Assembly (NCBI RefSeq): GCF_032062105.1
Contig: NW_026937503.1
Location: 1 to 64,000 of the forward strand
Reading direction: 5' to 3'
Length of the DNA: 64,000 bases
Origin: Saccostrea cucullata
Taxonomy: Eukaryota
Shown: positions 13,956 to 27,434 of the stretch, in pieces
Layout: every line of letters starts with the position of its first letter
How positions within the stretch are numbered: the stretch's first letter is position 1
Program-made: the position numbers and the translations under genes
Notes under the pieces: generated by a model
What the model was told of the DNA's origin: nothing
The model's input: the letters and a program-made list of their open reading frames with translations, nothing else
Databases searched by the model: none

Positions 13956-15302
13956 CGGAGCAGAGCAAGAATCAGGACAAGGTGCTTCAACTCTCTACCA
14001 AATTTTATTAAGTCACATATAGTCATCAAAAACAACAGTGATCGTATAGTTTTTAAATAAAGTTAGAAGAATAAAAATTAAAGTCTTTTCAATGTTAACA
14101 GTTCGGAATTAAAAATTAAAGTCTTTTCAAAGTTAAAATTCGGAATTGCCGTTAACTTATCCCAAGTGTCCAGACCAGATCAGGGGAGGAATAACGGGGG
14201 TCCAGTAACTCTCGTGGTATTTCAGAAGCCGTCTCTCTGGGCTCTCCCTGTTCCTCCCTTTTATACCGAAAATTTTTATTTACTTTTCGGGCCATTTGTC
14301 TGAAGAAAGCCAAAAATAGTTTTGTTTATTTGCTATTTCCCTTTGCAGCAGATGGAGAGTCAATTTCAATGTCCACTCCAATGTTTGTACTAAATACTTC
14401 GAGATTGTCTCTTTTTAGTTGGAGTTTATTATTCTCATCCATAAATGTTATGCCCATCTGTTCCCCTCTTGTTTCCTTACCAGTAAGTGTTTAAACTCCT
14501 CCAAGAATTATGCAAGAAAGTCATTTTGCAATAGTCCCCGATTTGACCGACTATCATCTAATATTTTACTATACAATGTACAGTATTGACCTATAAATTG
14601 ATTCAAGAAAAACACACAATATTTATAATTACATCTAAAAGTATACAACATAAATATTATTTATGATAAGGAATCTGCAGACACCTTAGACAAGCCTAGG
14701 GATTATTATGCCCTATAAACACTTGCTTGTCTTATTTAATTAAAGCACTAATACTCGGCTGTAGATATCAAAGAAATTAATCACGGCTGTGGATATCAAT
14801 TGTGTTACAATAATAACCTCTAAACATACGATTTTATTCAAAATCTTTAAAATTTTATTTAAAATCATGCTGAAGAGAAATTTTTATTGTTGTTGAATTT
14901 TTGTTTATTTGTGATTTTATTTATAATAGAATCATAGATGAGTATCGGAAAAAGGAGTAATATATATTATTTTTATTGCTCTTAGTAATAAGTATACATA
15001 ATACATAATGTCACATAAATACAAGGAAAAACAGTAAATGTATGTTTCCTTTTCGTACTCTCTTCCAAAGTGATAAATTTGTGATTCTATCGGTTATATA
15101 CAAGTACATATGTTTCCTGTTGCAAAACATATTAAAAATGTCTTGAACATTTCTTATTCCCACCCCAATATACCACTGAATAGAAAAAAAATATTTATTT
15201 TCCTCAAAGTGATCAAAGTAATAAAACAAAATTTAATGTTTCTAGACTAAGTACTTGTACAAAATCTTGTTAAATAAGTGCCATTAATCTGCTTTTTTTC
15301 TC

Positions 15303-15563
15303 GTGGGGATCCGGGTTAGAATAGGTCCTCAGTACCCCCTTGCTTGTCGTAAAAGGCGACTAAATGGGGCGGTCCTTCGGATGAGACCGTATAAACCGAG
15401 GCCCCGTTTCACAGCAGGTGTGGCACAATAAAATCCCTCCTTGCTCAAAGGCCATAAGTGCCGAGCATAGGCCAAAATTTGCAGCCCTTCACCGGCAATG
15501 GTGACGTCTCCATATCAGTGAAATATTCTGGAGAGGGACGTTAAACAGTATACAATCAATCAA
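15303..15563 (+). mobile_element. SINE with Nin/Deu-like conserved core (5' truncated)
   Basis: gtccttcggatgagaccgtataaaccgaggccccgt...tggcac..taaaatccc core and (CAAT)n tail; related pieces at 20590 and 29995. Confidence 0.7.
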
Positions 15564-16146
15564 TATGCCTTTTTATAAAAGAAGTACATGAAATCTGCAA
15601 CATTTCCTTTAACACTGTATAAAATCTATGATGTTTTGATAGTGCTTTTGAGCACCTCCTATTCTACATTATAATTCGTAGGATATTTGCCTTTCCCATA
15701 ACAATGATTTCCCTTTAAACTCATGCTGTGGGCTGGTATGATACTATGAGCTAAATTCTCAAACTTATTTCTGAACTTTTCAGAGATTTATAAAATTTAA
15801 TATGGTTCAGAAAAATATAAATTTTGCTGAAATTTTCACTTCTGTTGTATTAAATGTTTACGATTTAATTTAAAGAATTATGATAATCTACTTAATCTAC
15901 GGATTTTTTCGTTATCTTCTTTAGACAGGGACCACAGAGTGTAATCTATCTATATGGAATGATTACTACCCGATGGCACCTGATCTTACCTCTGGTGTTT
16001 TTGCGGTCGGCTTCTGCTCTTCTCACCTCCTGTGTTTCAATTCACATTTGTGCTGGAAATTTGTTCATTATCTTCTTATTTCACTCTAACAATAATTTAT
16101 AATTTTTCAAGAATATATGACTTTATTTCTTTAAAATAAAACTTAC

Positions 16147-16323
16147 AGTGTAATCAAATATCATCCCAGTTCCTCTAGTATTGATTTTTGCTCCGGAGAA
16201 TCGAGGATAGGTTTTTGCGACAAAGCCTATTTCTCCGGCACAATCACTTGTTTGTCCAAAAGGAAGACTAAAATTCCCTGTTCGAACTGTGAACGTATAA
16301 TCTGTTCCATTCACCGACATATC
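16147..16323 (-). pseudogene. Isolated GON-domain exon (ADAMTS9/20 C-terminal-like), copy 1
   Basis: DMSVNGTDYTF...FGQTSDCAG...KINTRGTG with AG/GT boundaries; paralog of 46491-46661; upstream GON exon not found in this copy. Confidence 0.7.
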
Positions 16324-18304
16324 CTATAGGTATAAATATATACAGGAGACATACGTACCACAAGAAATATCAAATTAAATAAGTGCGCCAGAATCATCAG
16401 AAAATATTGCAAGAGCACAGATTATACTGCCGTAATAAGCATTTTTGTTATTACTATACGAAATACTTATATACGAGGTATATTCTGAAAGATAAAGGAA
16501 ATGCACAGTTTCCGAATTTAGAGAGAGAGGGAGAGAGATTTCATAAATTGCAGTAGAAATGGTAATTTTTTAAAAAAATATCTCTTCAATTTAACGTAAC
16601 TGAGCTTTCATGATGAACTCCGTTGTATGAAAAATTATTTGATGCCCAGTTAAGGTGGAATATCCCTCTGATAAGAGAGATAATTCTTCTGATAAGAGAG
16701 ATAACTTTTTGCAGACATTTTGTCATGAAATACAGTGAATTGTCATGCAATTTTTTTTTCAAATTTAATTCATAAGGAACATTTTATAGTCAACTCAATC
16801 AAACCTGTTCTATCGTACAGATGTTGATTTCTAGTTTGTATTGCTAGTATATTTATTAATTATTTTTAATAGTTTATCTAAAACATTTATACTCAGTTTC
16901 TTTAAACGGTGTAAATTGAGAAAATTTTATCTCTTAACGTATGTCTTTTAATTGTACAGAAATTTCAGACGCAGAATTTTTTAAAAACATTTAATTAATA
17001 ATTTGTTTCATAAAAAATATTATCAAGGGCGATAATGGAACGATAACTATTGTTTCTGAATGCGTGTTATTTTACATGCACAGAAAACAATTTGATTTTC
17101 TGGTTAAAAAAGCAAAGCTTTAGTATGTTTTCTAATGGGAATTAGATAGGTATGAGAGTAAATATTATATTTATATGTACCTAATATTTCTAATTCAATA
17201 GTGAGATAAAAAATAATTAATCTTTCTATCTACCATATCAAATTTTCTTCACATCATGATTTGACATATTATTCATTTCTTAAAAAGAAAACAACGCTTC
17301 ATACTTCAAACTATTTTCCATTTGAGTTTAATGATACAGGTGTTGCTGTAAAATCAATGTTTGGAATTTAAAAAAAAAATAGAAATTTGGAGCAGAGGGA
17401 TATTGCCCCTTAAACAGCAGTTGAACTTAAGGTGAAATATCCTTCTGCTCCAAATTTACAATAGGCAATCCTCGCCTGACTCCGCTTTGCTCAATTCAAA
17501 CATCGGATATGGTAAATGGGGGGAATACATCCTTACATTTCTCCGCCGGAAACTGCCTTATAACTCATTTTATATTTCGCTCTGTATAATGTTCTTCGAA
17601 AATCTTTCTGAAATTCTTAATCGTAAACAGGTTTTGATTATAACCTCATGTTAATAGGCTTTGAAAGCAAGAAAAAACTGTTGAGTGTGGCACAAAATAA
17701 ATTCGATTTCAAATGTATGATATTGGAAAGAAATTCAAATAATATTACATTATTGAATTAGCAAGATGGTAGATCACCGTTGACGTCCGAGGTTATGTGC
17801 GCGGTGAAGTCTCATGTAGTGAAGTGTGTTGCGAAGCATGTACATGTACGAGCCTAGATCCGTTGCGTTATGGTTTTACACATATGTCTTTGACCAAAAC
17901 GCTACATATCCCGTTTTGCAAAAAAGGTGCAATTAACGGCGCAATATTTTTTGCACTCTTTTTTGGTAGAATTTTTCTACTTTCCAGCATCAGTCAATTA
18001 AGTTCCTTTCAACACCCTATTTCTAGGCACATTATTTAATTAATCTGTATACTAGTATTTTATCCATCTCCCAACCTTTTATAGTTGTCTCTACAAGTGA
18101 TAAACTCGCTTGATTAAAATCACTTGTAAGATTACTGCAAATTCACTTCAAGCGAGTTTATTGCTTGTAGAGACAGCTATTAATGAATGGGAGGTAGATA
18201 AGATATACATATTGCGTACAGAATGTCAAGAATTAGGTTGTGAAAGTTACTTGATTAACCAATACTAAAAGGTGGAGAAAGTCTCCCAAAAGTGCGCAAA
18301 AAAT

Positions 18305-20630
18305 AAGATATCCCTGTCTTTTTTCGGATGAGATATTAGAAAAAAAATGTTCCAGTCATCAGCAAATTGAAACATATTCAAAATTAATCAGTCATCAGTC
18401 GTACTAAATATAGATTAAACATTTATTTAAAAAAAATATCAAACGGTAGTTTTAGCATGATCAATAAAAAATACGGGGGCTGTTCAATTAAGGAATGTTT
18501 TTAAGTTTTGTGTGAGTTATTGAAGCTAGCGCTTCATGAAAAATATGCCTACGTGCAAGTCTGTGTGATTCACACTCCAATAATTCACACTAAACTGAAA
18601 AACATTCCTTATATTTACATTTTACCTGTTTGGAAGCAACTAAAATATACTCAATATTTGAATTTCTCGCTGATTTTTACTAACGTCGCTACAGCCTCAT
18701 AGTGACGACACGTTTACGCACGTTTCTCCATGTATATTTCTACACGTGAGTATACACAGAAATGACTTTCAAATCAATTTCACAGTTGGCTTAGTAGAAA
18801 AACACAGCAAATGTAAATATTAGATAAAATCCTCGATGCTTGGAAAGAAAAAAAAAACGCTTTTCAATGATGTAGTCTTAATGATTTTACGTAAAATTCT
18901 TTTAAAATGTTTTTAAACATTTTTAACTAATGCCTGATTGTTTTTATAACTCATTTTTGAGTATGACCCTTCGTATACTTGAAAATGGCAGATCCCATGA
19001 TTTCAATGACTTGATACTTCTTTCTGAAAAGATTTTTTTCAAGTTTGGAAAATGAAACAAGTCACAAGGTGAAAGATCTGGCGAATATTGTTGGTGTGAC
19101 AAAACATTAACTTTCTGTTTATCCCCAAAGCTCCTTCACTTTTAAGGACATGCTGTTTTGGATAGTGTCATGAAGAAATTTAATGTAGCGGATTCCTGAT
19201 TTTGGTTCCTCCCTCTCATAAACCTTTCGATTTTTGCAAAGAGTTTGCTTTCTAGACTCCTTCAGAATTTAAAATGCATCCATGAGTATGAATTTGAACA
19301 ACAAGACCAGTAATATTTAAGAAAATGGCATATAAATCTGTCTTTGTGCTTCTGTAATTCTTTCCTCTTCTCAGACCTTTTCTGTTTTTGTCAGGTATAT
19401 CTTATTGTAAATTTTGTTTCGAGGGTTTTAAGCAATAGATACAAGTTTCATTATCTATTTGAATTTCAGACAAATGTTAATAAGTCAATTTCTTATGTTT
19501 TAAAATAATTGTTTAGATATTCTTACACGCTGTCATTTTCAATATTTTTTTTTTTCAAAACATAGGGTGACCTTTGAATACTTAGCTTTCACTGTTAAAT
19601 GTTTCTTAATGATGTCTATCAAATTCATCTATATTCACTAAAACTATCTTCAAGTCAATCATACATAATCAGTGATTATTTGTTGAATATTGGCAAACAG
19701 TACATTGGTTGTTACAATTTCTTGTCGCCAAGGTCGGTGCCCTTTTTTGATGCTCGTTATATTATGTTTGTTCATTGAAATCCACCTGCATATGTGTCTA
19801 TAAAACAGACATTGGTTGCTGTAAATTTGATTATTTCTTTGGATTCTTAACCAGTTTTTCAGCAGCCTTGATGAAGCGCTTAATTTCATTCTATAGTTTT
19901 TTTTATTCTTTACCTTTCATTTTTAATGCAGTGTCTCGAATAGCCCTTTTTCTCTAGCTTTTCACAATGAAACTATGTGATTAAAAGTGGTTACATGAAC
20001 TGTTACAAATTCATTAAAGATCCAATAATGAGAGAAATTCAAGCTTAATGTCATATGATATCTATGTTGTATGTCATAGAGTTATTAGTCTTAGAGGACA
20101 TTATGTATTGAGCAGCCTTCGTAATTAAAATAATGGACTTTTGAGTCTGATTACCGTTAGTTATCTCCATACATGTATATTTCATTAACTAATTTGAACA
20201 GCATGGAACCTCCTTTTAATCTTACATGTTCAAATGTAATTGTTTTAAGGGCTGTGGATGGAAAAGGTTGTTTCATGAAAAAAGCATTGGAATATAACAA
20301 TAAAATTTTAATTTAAAACTCATTAATTTTTCAAGTTAATTAATTTCACCAGAATCGACTGTTTTAACCAACCTATTAATTGTACAAATAACCAAAGAAA
20401 TTATTCATATAAATAGTGAAAAGTTAAGTATTATCATTTGTATTCAAAAACAAAATTTTATGCACTTATAACATACATCAGTAAAATGCACAAATAAATC
20501 CTTCCGCATGGTTCGGACCTACAATTTCCCGTCTCTAGCGCTCAAATTAAGTTCAAGATGTTTGGAATTTTGCATGCTCTTTCGAAAAAACCATTTTCCT
20601 CGGATGAGACCTTAAACACTGACGTCCCGT
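18305..20630 (+). repeat. Segmental-duplication block, paralogous to 49425-51416
   Basis: Near-colinear high similarity by eye, including the mariner element and both flanks; 16120-16650 also matches 46470-46990. Confidence 0.9.
18472..20123 (-). mobile_element. Non-autonomous mariner-like element, copy 1 (extra ~330 bp insert at 18500-18830)
   Basis: TIRs tacgggggctgttcaattaaggaatg and cattatgtattgagcagccttcgta; HTH relic at 19660-19890. Confidence 0.7.
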
Positions 20631-20790
20631 ATTTAACACGCGTAGTTGCTGGCACAAAAAAGATCCGTCATTGCTAAATGATCGTCAATGTCGAGCAGAG
20701 GTAAAAATAGGCAGCTCTCCATCGGCAAGTGGTGGCGACTCTATACAAGTAAAATTTCTCAAGAGATACATTAAACAACAAATAAATAAA
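20590..20790 (+). mobile_element. Degenerate Nin/Deu SINE; uninterrupted paralog of the PLE insertion site
   Basis: cctcggatgagaccttaaacactgacgtcccgt...ggcacaaaaaagatcc...aaacaacaaataaataaa. Confidence 0.65.
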
Positions 20791-21126
20791 AGGAGCATTG
20801 ACAAAAAATAGGTTTTTATCATTGTATAGTTTCTTTGAAGTTATCTTGTCTTTAATGTTTGTATACATTATTGCCAAAAATACCCCCTCCCCCTTCAAAA
20901 AAAAAAAATCATAAATCACCTAAAATTAAAATTCCCTTAAAACATTATGTATGATAAATTAAGACTTTCAAAACTAAACTTTTTACTTTTAAATTTTTAA
21001 AGAAAAATTTGTTTTTTTTTTAATGTTAAAACTTGGAAGCATAACATTAAAAAAAATGTTTCAAGTTTATATACAAGAAAAAAAAACCACAATTCAAAAG
21101 TAGTGTCGATTCGTCTCCGATGTACA

Positions 21127-21127
<1 letters not shown>

Positions 21128-21187
<60 letters not shown>

Positions 21188-22085
21188 TGTCGTTGTTGTC
21201 GTTGTCGGCGTAAACTTTTCACATTTTCAGCTTGAACTCCTCAATGACCACTGGGCCAATTTCAACCAAACTTACCACAAAGTATTCTTGGATGAAGGGG
21301 ATTCAAGTTTTTTAAATGAAGAACCAAGACCTCTTCCAAGGGGAGATAATTATGAATAAATGAAAAATTAATGGCATCTTTTAAAAATCTTCTTCTACAG
21401 AACCACTGTGCCAGGAAAGATGGAACTTATAGAAAAGCATCCTCAGGTAGTGTAGATTCAAGTTTGTTCAAATCTTGACCCCTGGGGGTAGGGCGGGGCC
21501 AAAATGGCCGCTCAAAGTTTAACATAGAAATACATGGGAAAATTATTTTGAAATGTTCTTCTCAAGAACCACTGTACCAGGAGAGATGAAACTTATATGA
21601 AAGCATCCTCAGGTAGTGTAAATTGAAGTTTGTTCAAATCATGACCCCTGGGGGTAGGGCGGGGCCACAATGGCCGCTCAAAGTTTAACATAGAAATACA
21701 TGGGAAAATTATTTAAAAATGTTCTTCTCAAGAACCACTCTGCCAGGAGAGATAAAACTTATAGGGATGCACCCTGGGGTAGTGTAAATTGAAGTTTGTT
21801 CAAATCATCACCCCTGGGGGTAGGGCGGGGCCACAATGGCCGCTCAAAGTTTAACATAGAAATACATGGGAAAATTATTCAAAAATGTTCTTCTCAAGAA
21901 CCACTCTGCCAGGAGAGATAAAACTTATAGGGAAGCAGCCTCAGGTAGTGTTTATTCAAGTTAGTTAAAATCATGACCCTTGGGGGCAGGGTGAGGCCTC
22001 AATGGCCGCTCAAAATTTTAAATTAATATATAGGAAAATTCTTTAAAAATCTGCTTCTCAAGAACCACTGTGCCAAGAAAAATGA
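21128..22085 (+). mobile_element. HINE (Helentron non-autonomous) element carrying ~5 copies of a 166-bp Cg170/HindIII-like satellite
   Basis: 5' ttagctcacctgagccgaaggctcaagtgagct hairpin, (GTC/GTT)n tract, aaccact recurring at 21401, 21567, 21733, 21899, 22063. Confidence 0.85.
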
Positions 22086-22089
22086 AACT

Positions 22090-22400
22090 TTTAATACTAC
22101 ACATAATGATGAATGTACTGTATATAATGTGAGAAGTACGTAATATATTGTTGTCTTTACTGCATATAATGTTAGAACTACCGCATATAATGTTAGAACT
22201 ACCGCATATAATATTAGAACTACCGCATATAATGTTAAAAGCACTTCATATAATGATAGATGTACATAATATAATGACATATCTACATCATATAATGAGA
22301 TAAGTACTGCATATAATGGAGGTTGTAAACGATATAAAGTAAAAACTACTTCATATTATAAAAATAGTACCGCATATAATGAAGGAAACACTGCATATAA
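22090..22400. repeat. 21-bp minisatellite (gcatataatgttagaactacc-like)
   Basis: Directly visible; translates to (LTLYAVV)n on the minus strand. Confidence 0.85.
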
Positions 22401-23094
22401 TATCTAATCCTCATATAAGACAGTCCCGACGTTCCACTAGGCTTTGATTTTTAAGGCTCTTTAAGACCCGCAACTCTTACATGTATATCTAGCACTTGGC
22501 AAAAGAAACAGTTGCTTCCTTTGATCAGTCGCAGCCGGATTTAAAACACGACAAACCGATTATAGTACAAGCTTTCTACTGACTGAGCAACCGTAACCAC
22601 CGATCAACAGTCCCTTGTTCAAATCTGTACATCAAAAAAATCATCATCTTGACCTACATAAGACCTTTGGTCTGATTTCAAAAAACCTATTGTCAGGAAA
22701 TCTACATTCACAGGCTGTTTTGATCTCTACTTTATAATCTATGGTTGTATTTTTCTACACTATGTTGAAATATTAATGAAATCTTCTTTTATTGACATTT
22801 TCAAAAGCCTATTGTTTTACATACTTCATGCATACAATGTAATTTCCTTTTCTATGGTGAAAGATGATTTCAATGGCTTCACAGCTCCAATATGGATCTC
22901 CATATCTAAGTATCTACATAAGAAAGAGTATTTTTACGCCATAATCAAGTTTTTCAAAGACTTCTGGTATATCCTACTCATTCTGTTCTTAATTTTGCAT
23001 TAGCCAGAGGTCAGCTTTAATTAAAATGTTCAAAAAAGATGTGTTGCTAATATATGATTATTTGGGTTGCTTTTAAAAATATATTTATAGAAAA

Positions 23095-23385
23095 CCTTTT
23101 GCATGAGAGCAGGACAGGAACCAACGGAGGTACACATAAGACAGAGGAAGTGGGGTTGGATTGGACACACATTAAGGAAGTTACCATCCAGCATCAAACG
23201 CAAAAGAAAACGAGGACGACCTAGAAACAGCTGGAGGCGTGACTCGGAGTTAGAGTTAAGAGCACAAGATATGACCTGGCACGATGCAGCCAGAGCAGCT
23301 ATAAAATCGTGTTCGTTGGAGGACTGTCATTGATGGCCTATGTTCCACATGGAACGACAGGCCTTAGTAATTATAGTAAGTAAGT
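23095..23385 (+). mobile_element. RTE-clade LINE 3' end
   Basis: RKWGWIGHTLRK...KRKRGRPRNSWRR...MTW, followed by a (TAAG)-like tail. Confidence 0.8.
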
Positions 23386-23472
23386 TTGGTATGTTCCAGC
23401 ATTTCAGCCTTTCTTTTCATTGAGACTGGATATTTTTAAAACTTGGATAACAATTGATGATTTTCTTTCTTT

Positions 23473-23505
<33 letters not shown>

Positions 23506-23844
23506 CAGCATAAATTGAAAATTTTAATTTTCCTGCTTCAGTCAACATTTCACTTAATGTTAGATTGAATTTGCTGACAATTAAGGTCCCTTTATCGACC
23601 ACGAAAGAATTTACGAAATACACCCCTACTTATGTGATCATATAACATTTTTTTTTATTGTTGTTACGTGTTGCATAAAATTCAAGGTGTCTATTTCACC
23701 TCTTACATGAGATCTGAACAAGTCCCTTTAAGATTTAGACAGGAACTAGATGTATGGTTTTGGATTTATGCATTTAACGCAAGTATCAATTTTTTTTACC
23801 TTTATAAACCTTCTTTTACAATTAAGATTTGAATTATGCAGCCT

Positions 23845-23913
<69 letters not shown>
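23845..23913. repeat. (TTTA)n microsatellite
   Basis: Perfect tetranucleotide run. Confidence 0.95.
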
Positions 23914-23917
<4 letters not shown>

Positions 23918-25882
23918 ATAGCCTCAAACACTTGACTCGAAAAATGTTTAATCACATACATTTAGAGTTATCATCCTTTGTTTACGTACCTCCATGTGGT
24001 TATTTAAGAAAAAATATTTTGAGTTGTAAAAATACATAGGTATTGTCAATGTATTGTCAAAAAATTAATGTTCTTTGTCTTGTTAAATATTTTACCAAAG
24101 TATTGAAAAAGTTTAAAATGATTTATGAATTTGCATTATATCGGGTCTTTTCGTCAGAGGTCGGAAAAAGAAACGAATGCATTAACATAACCGGATGTTA
24201 AAAATTCATGCATCTTCCTATTCAGTTAAATAAGGATAGCCGGAGTTTAAAGTTCCTCTTATAGTATATTACAGTATAGTATATAAGAATATCTTTCCAT
24301 TCAATAAAGTTTAATCCCGTACTCCCCAGATAGAAGGTCTTCCAACATCTATTTTAAAGTTTGTGAAAAGGGGGGTTAAGTTATCATGGCTCCTACGTAG
24401 CATTTCCGTTGGTCGGAAATACCCGAAAATTTACGATTTCAATTTAATGTGTAGAACATATTATAGTCTGTTTTAATTTTTACATCAACAAAATAAACAG
24501 AGTCACACTAATCATTTTTCAGTTGATTGCATTTAATTTGAAGTAATCATATGTCAAGTGATCCACTGGTGATTAAACAGCTAAGTTATAAACAGCTCTC
24601 TCTAAAATGAAAAGAAAAAAAAGAATGTAAAAATTATACTTAAAGTTAGGTTGCACAGCTTAAGTTTTCTCCAGACTTTGCTCACTAGTCAACATGGCCT
24701 TCAGCAGAGAGAAATTATCGTTGAACCAAAAATTGATAAAGGTTAAACTCAAACATATACCATATTCATGTATTTAATTAAAAAAAAAATTAATTCTACT
24801 CAATTCACGTTTTTCCAAACCTGAAACAATGCAGACACTGAACTTTTTATAAATTAATTTTGTAATTTCTTTGTTGTTTTTTTTTTAGATCGATCACTGT
24901 TATTTGTCTCCCCGTATCACACTGAGAGGTAAGATTTACTAATAGGAAATTCCATAACAAATACCCTATACACCAATATTTTCAATAAATAAGATATTTA
25001 CATGTATTCACAGCAGACAAATGTAAACAAAATAAGGGAGAGTGTATGATTACAAAAAAAAATGTATTTGAAATGTTGTTACAATTCGTAATATCATTTT
25101 ACGATTATCATTACAATGTATGAAAGTGTTCTTTACATTCATTGTAATTTACATGCATAGATCAATGTTTTATATTATAGTGACTCTTTTAGTTGGAGGG
25201 TGAATCTTGGTACCATGCACATAAGGGTTGCAAAAAATGTTTGGGGGGGATGAAGTCCCTGAAGCACTTGAGAATCATCAATGAAAGACCCTTATTTTGA
25301 CACATAAATGAATTTACTTTTACCTTTCTTACACCAGTATAAGACAGTGAAAACCATATACCTTTATAGCATATGAAACCATTCTTTGGAGGGGGCTAGT
25401 GCTAGGATTGCCCTTACCTGAAGTGCGTGCCTGTTTTATAATTTAAGTGATTAACATATGCACGTGCTTTTAGTTTTTAAACAAATAAGTAATACAGAAA
25501 ATAAATTTTTACACATCCTAAAAGCACAAGATTCAAGATAATGACCAATCAATTACTTTCAAGATGTTAAAATCTTGTAAAAATATTTATAATTACAAGG
25601 GTTTCGGTTTAAAGATTGAAATATATACCAATTTACTTCTGATATCTTCGAAAATTTGTACACAATCCCTATGTCTGTTACTGATTTTTTTTATGCATGA
25701 TTTCTCAACTACTTTTATTGGTTAGGAAGTGGTGAAGGGGATGTTAATAAAGATTTAATTTTCAAATTTGAGGAAACGATTCAACTTTTTAATGATTCTT
25801 CACAACCAAAAGCAAAGCTTGGTAATTTATTTCTAGATGTATTGGAACACAATGTTTAAAGTAAACAGTCATTTGACAAATA

Positions 25883-27427
25883 TACTGAATGGCAAAAGAA
25901 ACGTCGCATTTTTTAAAGAAATAATTGATAATATGAAATATTGTTTGTAAATATTATAATCTGTGCTAAATATGCATGAACACGAAAAGCGAACTCTACA
26001 ATCATTTAAAGGTAAGTTACGCTTCACTGATTTTAGCAACACGTTCAATTGTCATTGAATCTTTCTCCTCCCGTGGTACACACTTTCCAGCATTAAATTG
26101 AAAAATAATAATGCTCATGCTTTTCACGCTTCATTAGGGGTATAAATACCGCGAACATTTAAATGATTATCAGTATAAGTTTTGAAAGCAGAGCTATGCC
26201 ACGTTTGAATCGACAACAGAGGGACCAAGACATAGGAAGATTGCATGCTGGGCAAGCTGCCAGGGTGAGAGCAAACGACTTCAACTGCAGTATACGCACA
26301 ATTGGACGTTTACGCCAACGTTTCAATGCAACTAACAGCACAGACGATCGCCCACGTAGCGGTAGACCACAAGTTACAACGCAAAGACAGAACAGGTTCA
26401 TAGTGCGCCAGCATTTGAATGACCGATTCACAAGGGCATCAGAAACAGCACGCAATACCATTGGAACACATCAGCGACCCATAAGTGACGACATAGTACG
26501 TCGTCGGTTAGCAGCAAATAACCTCAGATGTCGCCGTCCATACAAAGGTCCTGTCCTTACACAAAGACAACGTCGGGCACGTCTACAGTGGGCTTTACAG
26601 CGGCAAAACTGGCGTAATCGACAATGGAGTAATGTCATCTTCTCCGATGAAAGCCGATATTGCATTTCCACACACGATGATCGAGCAAGAGTTTGGCGAA
26701 GAAAGGGTGAGCTTTACAATGACAACTGTGTTATGGAAACTAATCCATGGGGCGGGCCGAGCATCATGGTGTGGGGTGGTATTGGCCTGTATTCGGAACT
26801 TGGCCCCGTTGTCTTCCAGAGTCTTGGTCCAGGCAGAGGAAATGGTGTAACAGCTGCCCGCTACATTGATCAAGTCCTGAGGCCTCATGTTGTACAGCAT
26901 TTCAACCAACATCCACATAAGACGTTCCAGCAAGATAACGCGCGTGCGCATACAGCAAGAGTAACTAGGGACTACTTGCAGCAGAACAACATCGCAGTTA
27001 TTGACTGGCCAGCTCTTAGTCCCGATCTAAACCCCATTGAACATTTATGGGATCATATCCAGTTGAAGCTAAACCAACAACAACCAAGACCTACAACTGC
27101 TGCTGAACTTTCTATGGCATATCAGCGTGTGTGGGCGACTATTCCAATGACCTTCATCAGTCGACTCATCAACTCTATGTATCGAAGATGCATGGCTGTA
27201 ATTAATGCCAATGGTTGCCATACACGTTACTAACGGAAGTGCACTCAGGACAATAGGAATCTGTGATATTGACATTATTTGACATAAAATTGAATGTGTA
27301 TAACTCTAAGACAAATGTTAGATAATTAAAAACACATTACATCAATTACATATTCGTTATTTTTTATTTCAAAATAAGTGCATTACTTTTTCAAAATCTA
27401 ATGCGACGTTTCTTTTGCGGTTCAGTA
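25883..27427 (+). mobile_element. Full-length Tc1 DNA transposon with ~28-bp TIRs and TA target duplication
   Basis: tactgaatggcaaaagaaacgtcgcatt and aatgcgacgtttcttttgcggttcagta (2 mismatches), each flanked by TA. Confidence 0.93.
26196..27233 (+). CDS. Tc1 transposase, DD34E, uninterrupted ORF (345 aa from MPRL)
   Basis: GRP motif, FSDES, FQQDNA, SPDLNPIE with 34 residues between the second D and E. Confidence 0.93.
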   Translation: MPRLNRQQRDQDIGRLHAGQAARVRANDFNCSIRTIGRLRQRFNATNSTDDRPRSGRPQVTTQRQNRFIVRQHLNDRFTRASETARNTIGTHQRPISDDIVRRRLAANNLRCRRPYKGPVLTQRQRRARLQWALQRQNWRNRQWSNVIFSDESRYCISTHDDRARVWRRKGELYNDNCVMETNPWGGPSIMVWGGIGLYSELGPVVFQSLGPGRGNGVTAARYIDQVLRPHVVQHFNQHPHKTFQQDNARAHTARVTRDYLQQNNIAVIDWPALSPDLNPIEHLWDHIQLKLNQQQPRPTTAAELSMAYQRVWATIPMTFISRLINSMYRRCMAVINANGCHTRY

Positions 27428-27434
27428 TATAATT

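Noticed and set aside
21400-22400. Regular repeats resembling a CRISPR array
   Set aside because: Contiguous 166-bp and 21-bp tandem units without unique spacers, in eukaryotic context with no cas genes
22430-22605. tRNA gene on the minus strand
   Set aside because: Only degenerate A/B-box-like sequence with no cloverleaf; more likely an old tRNA-derived SINE head
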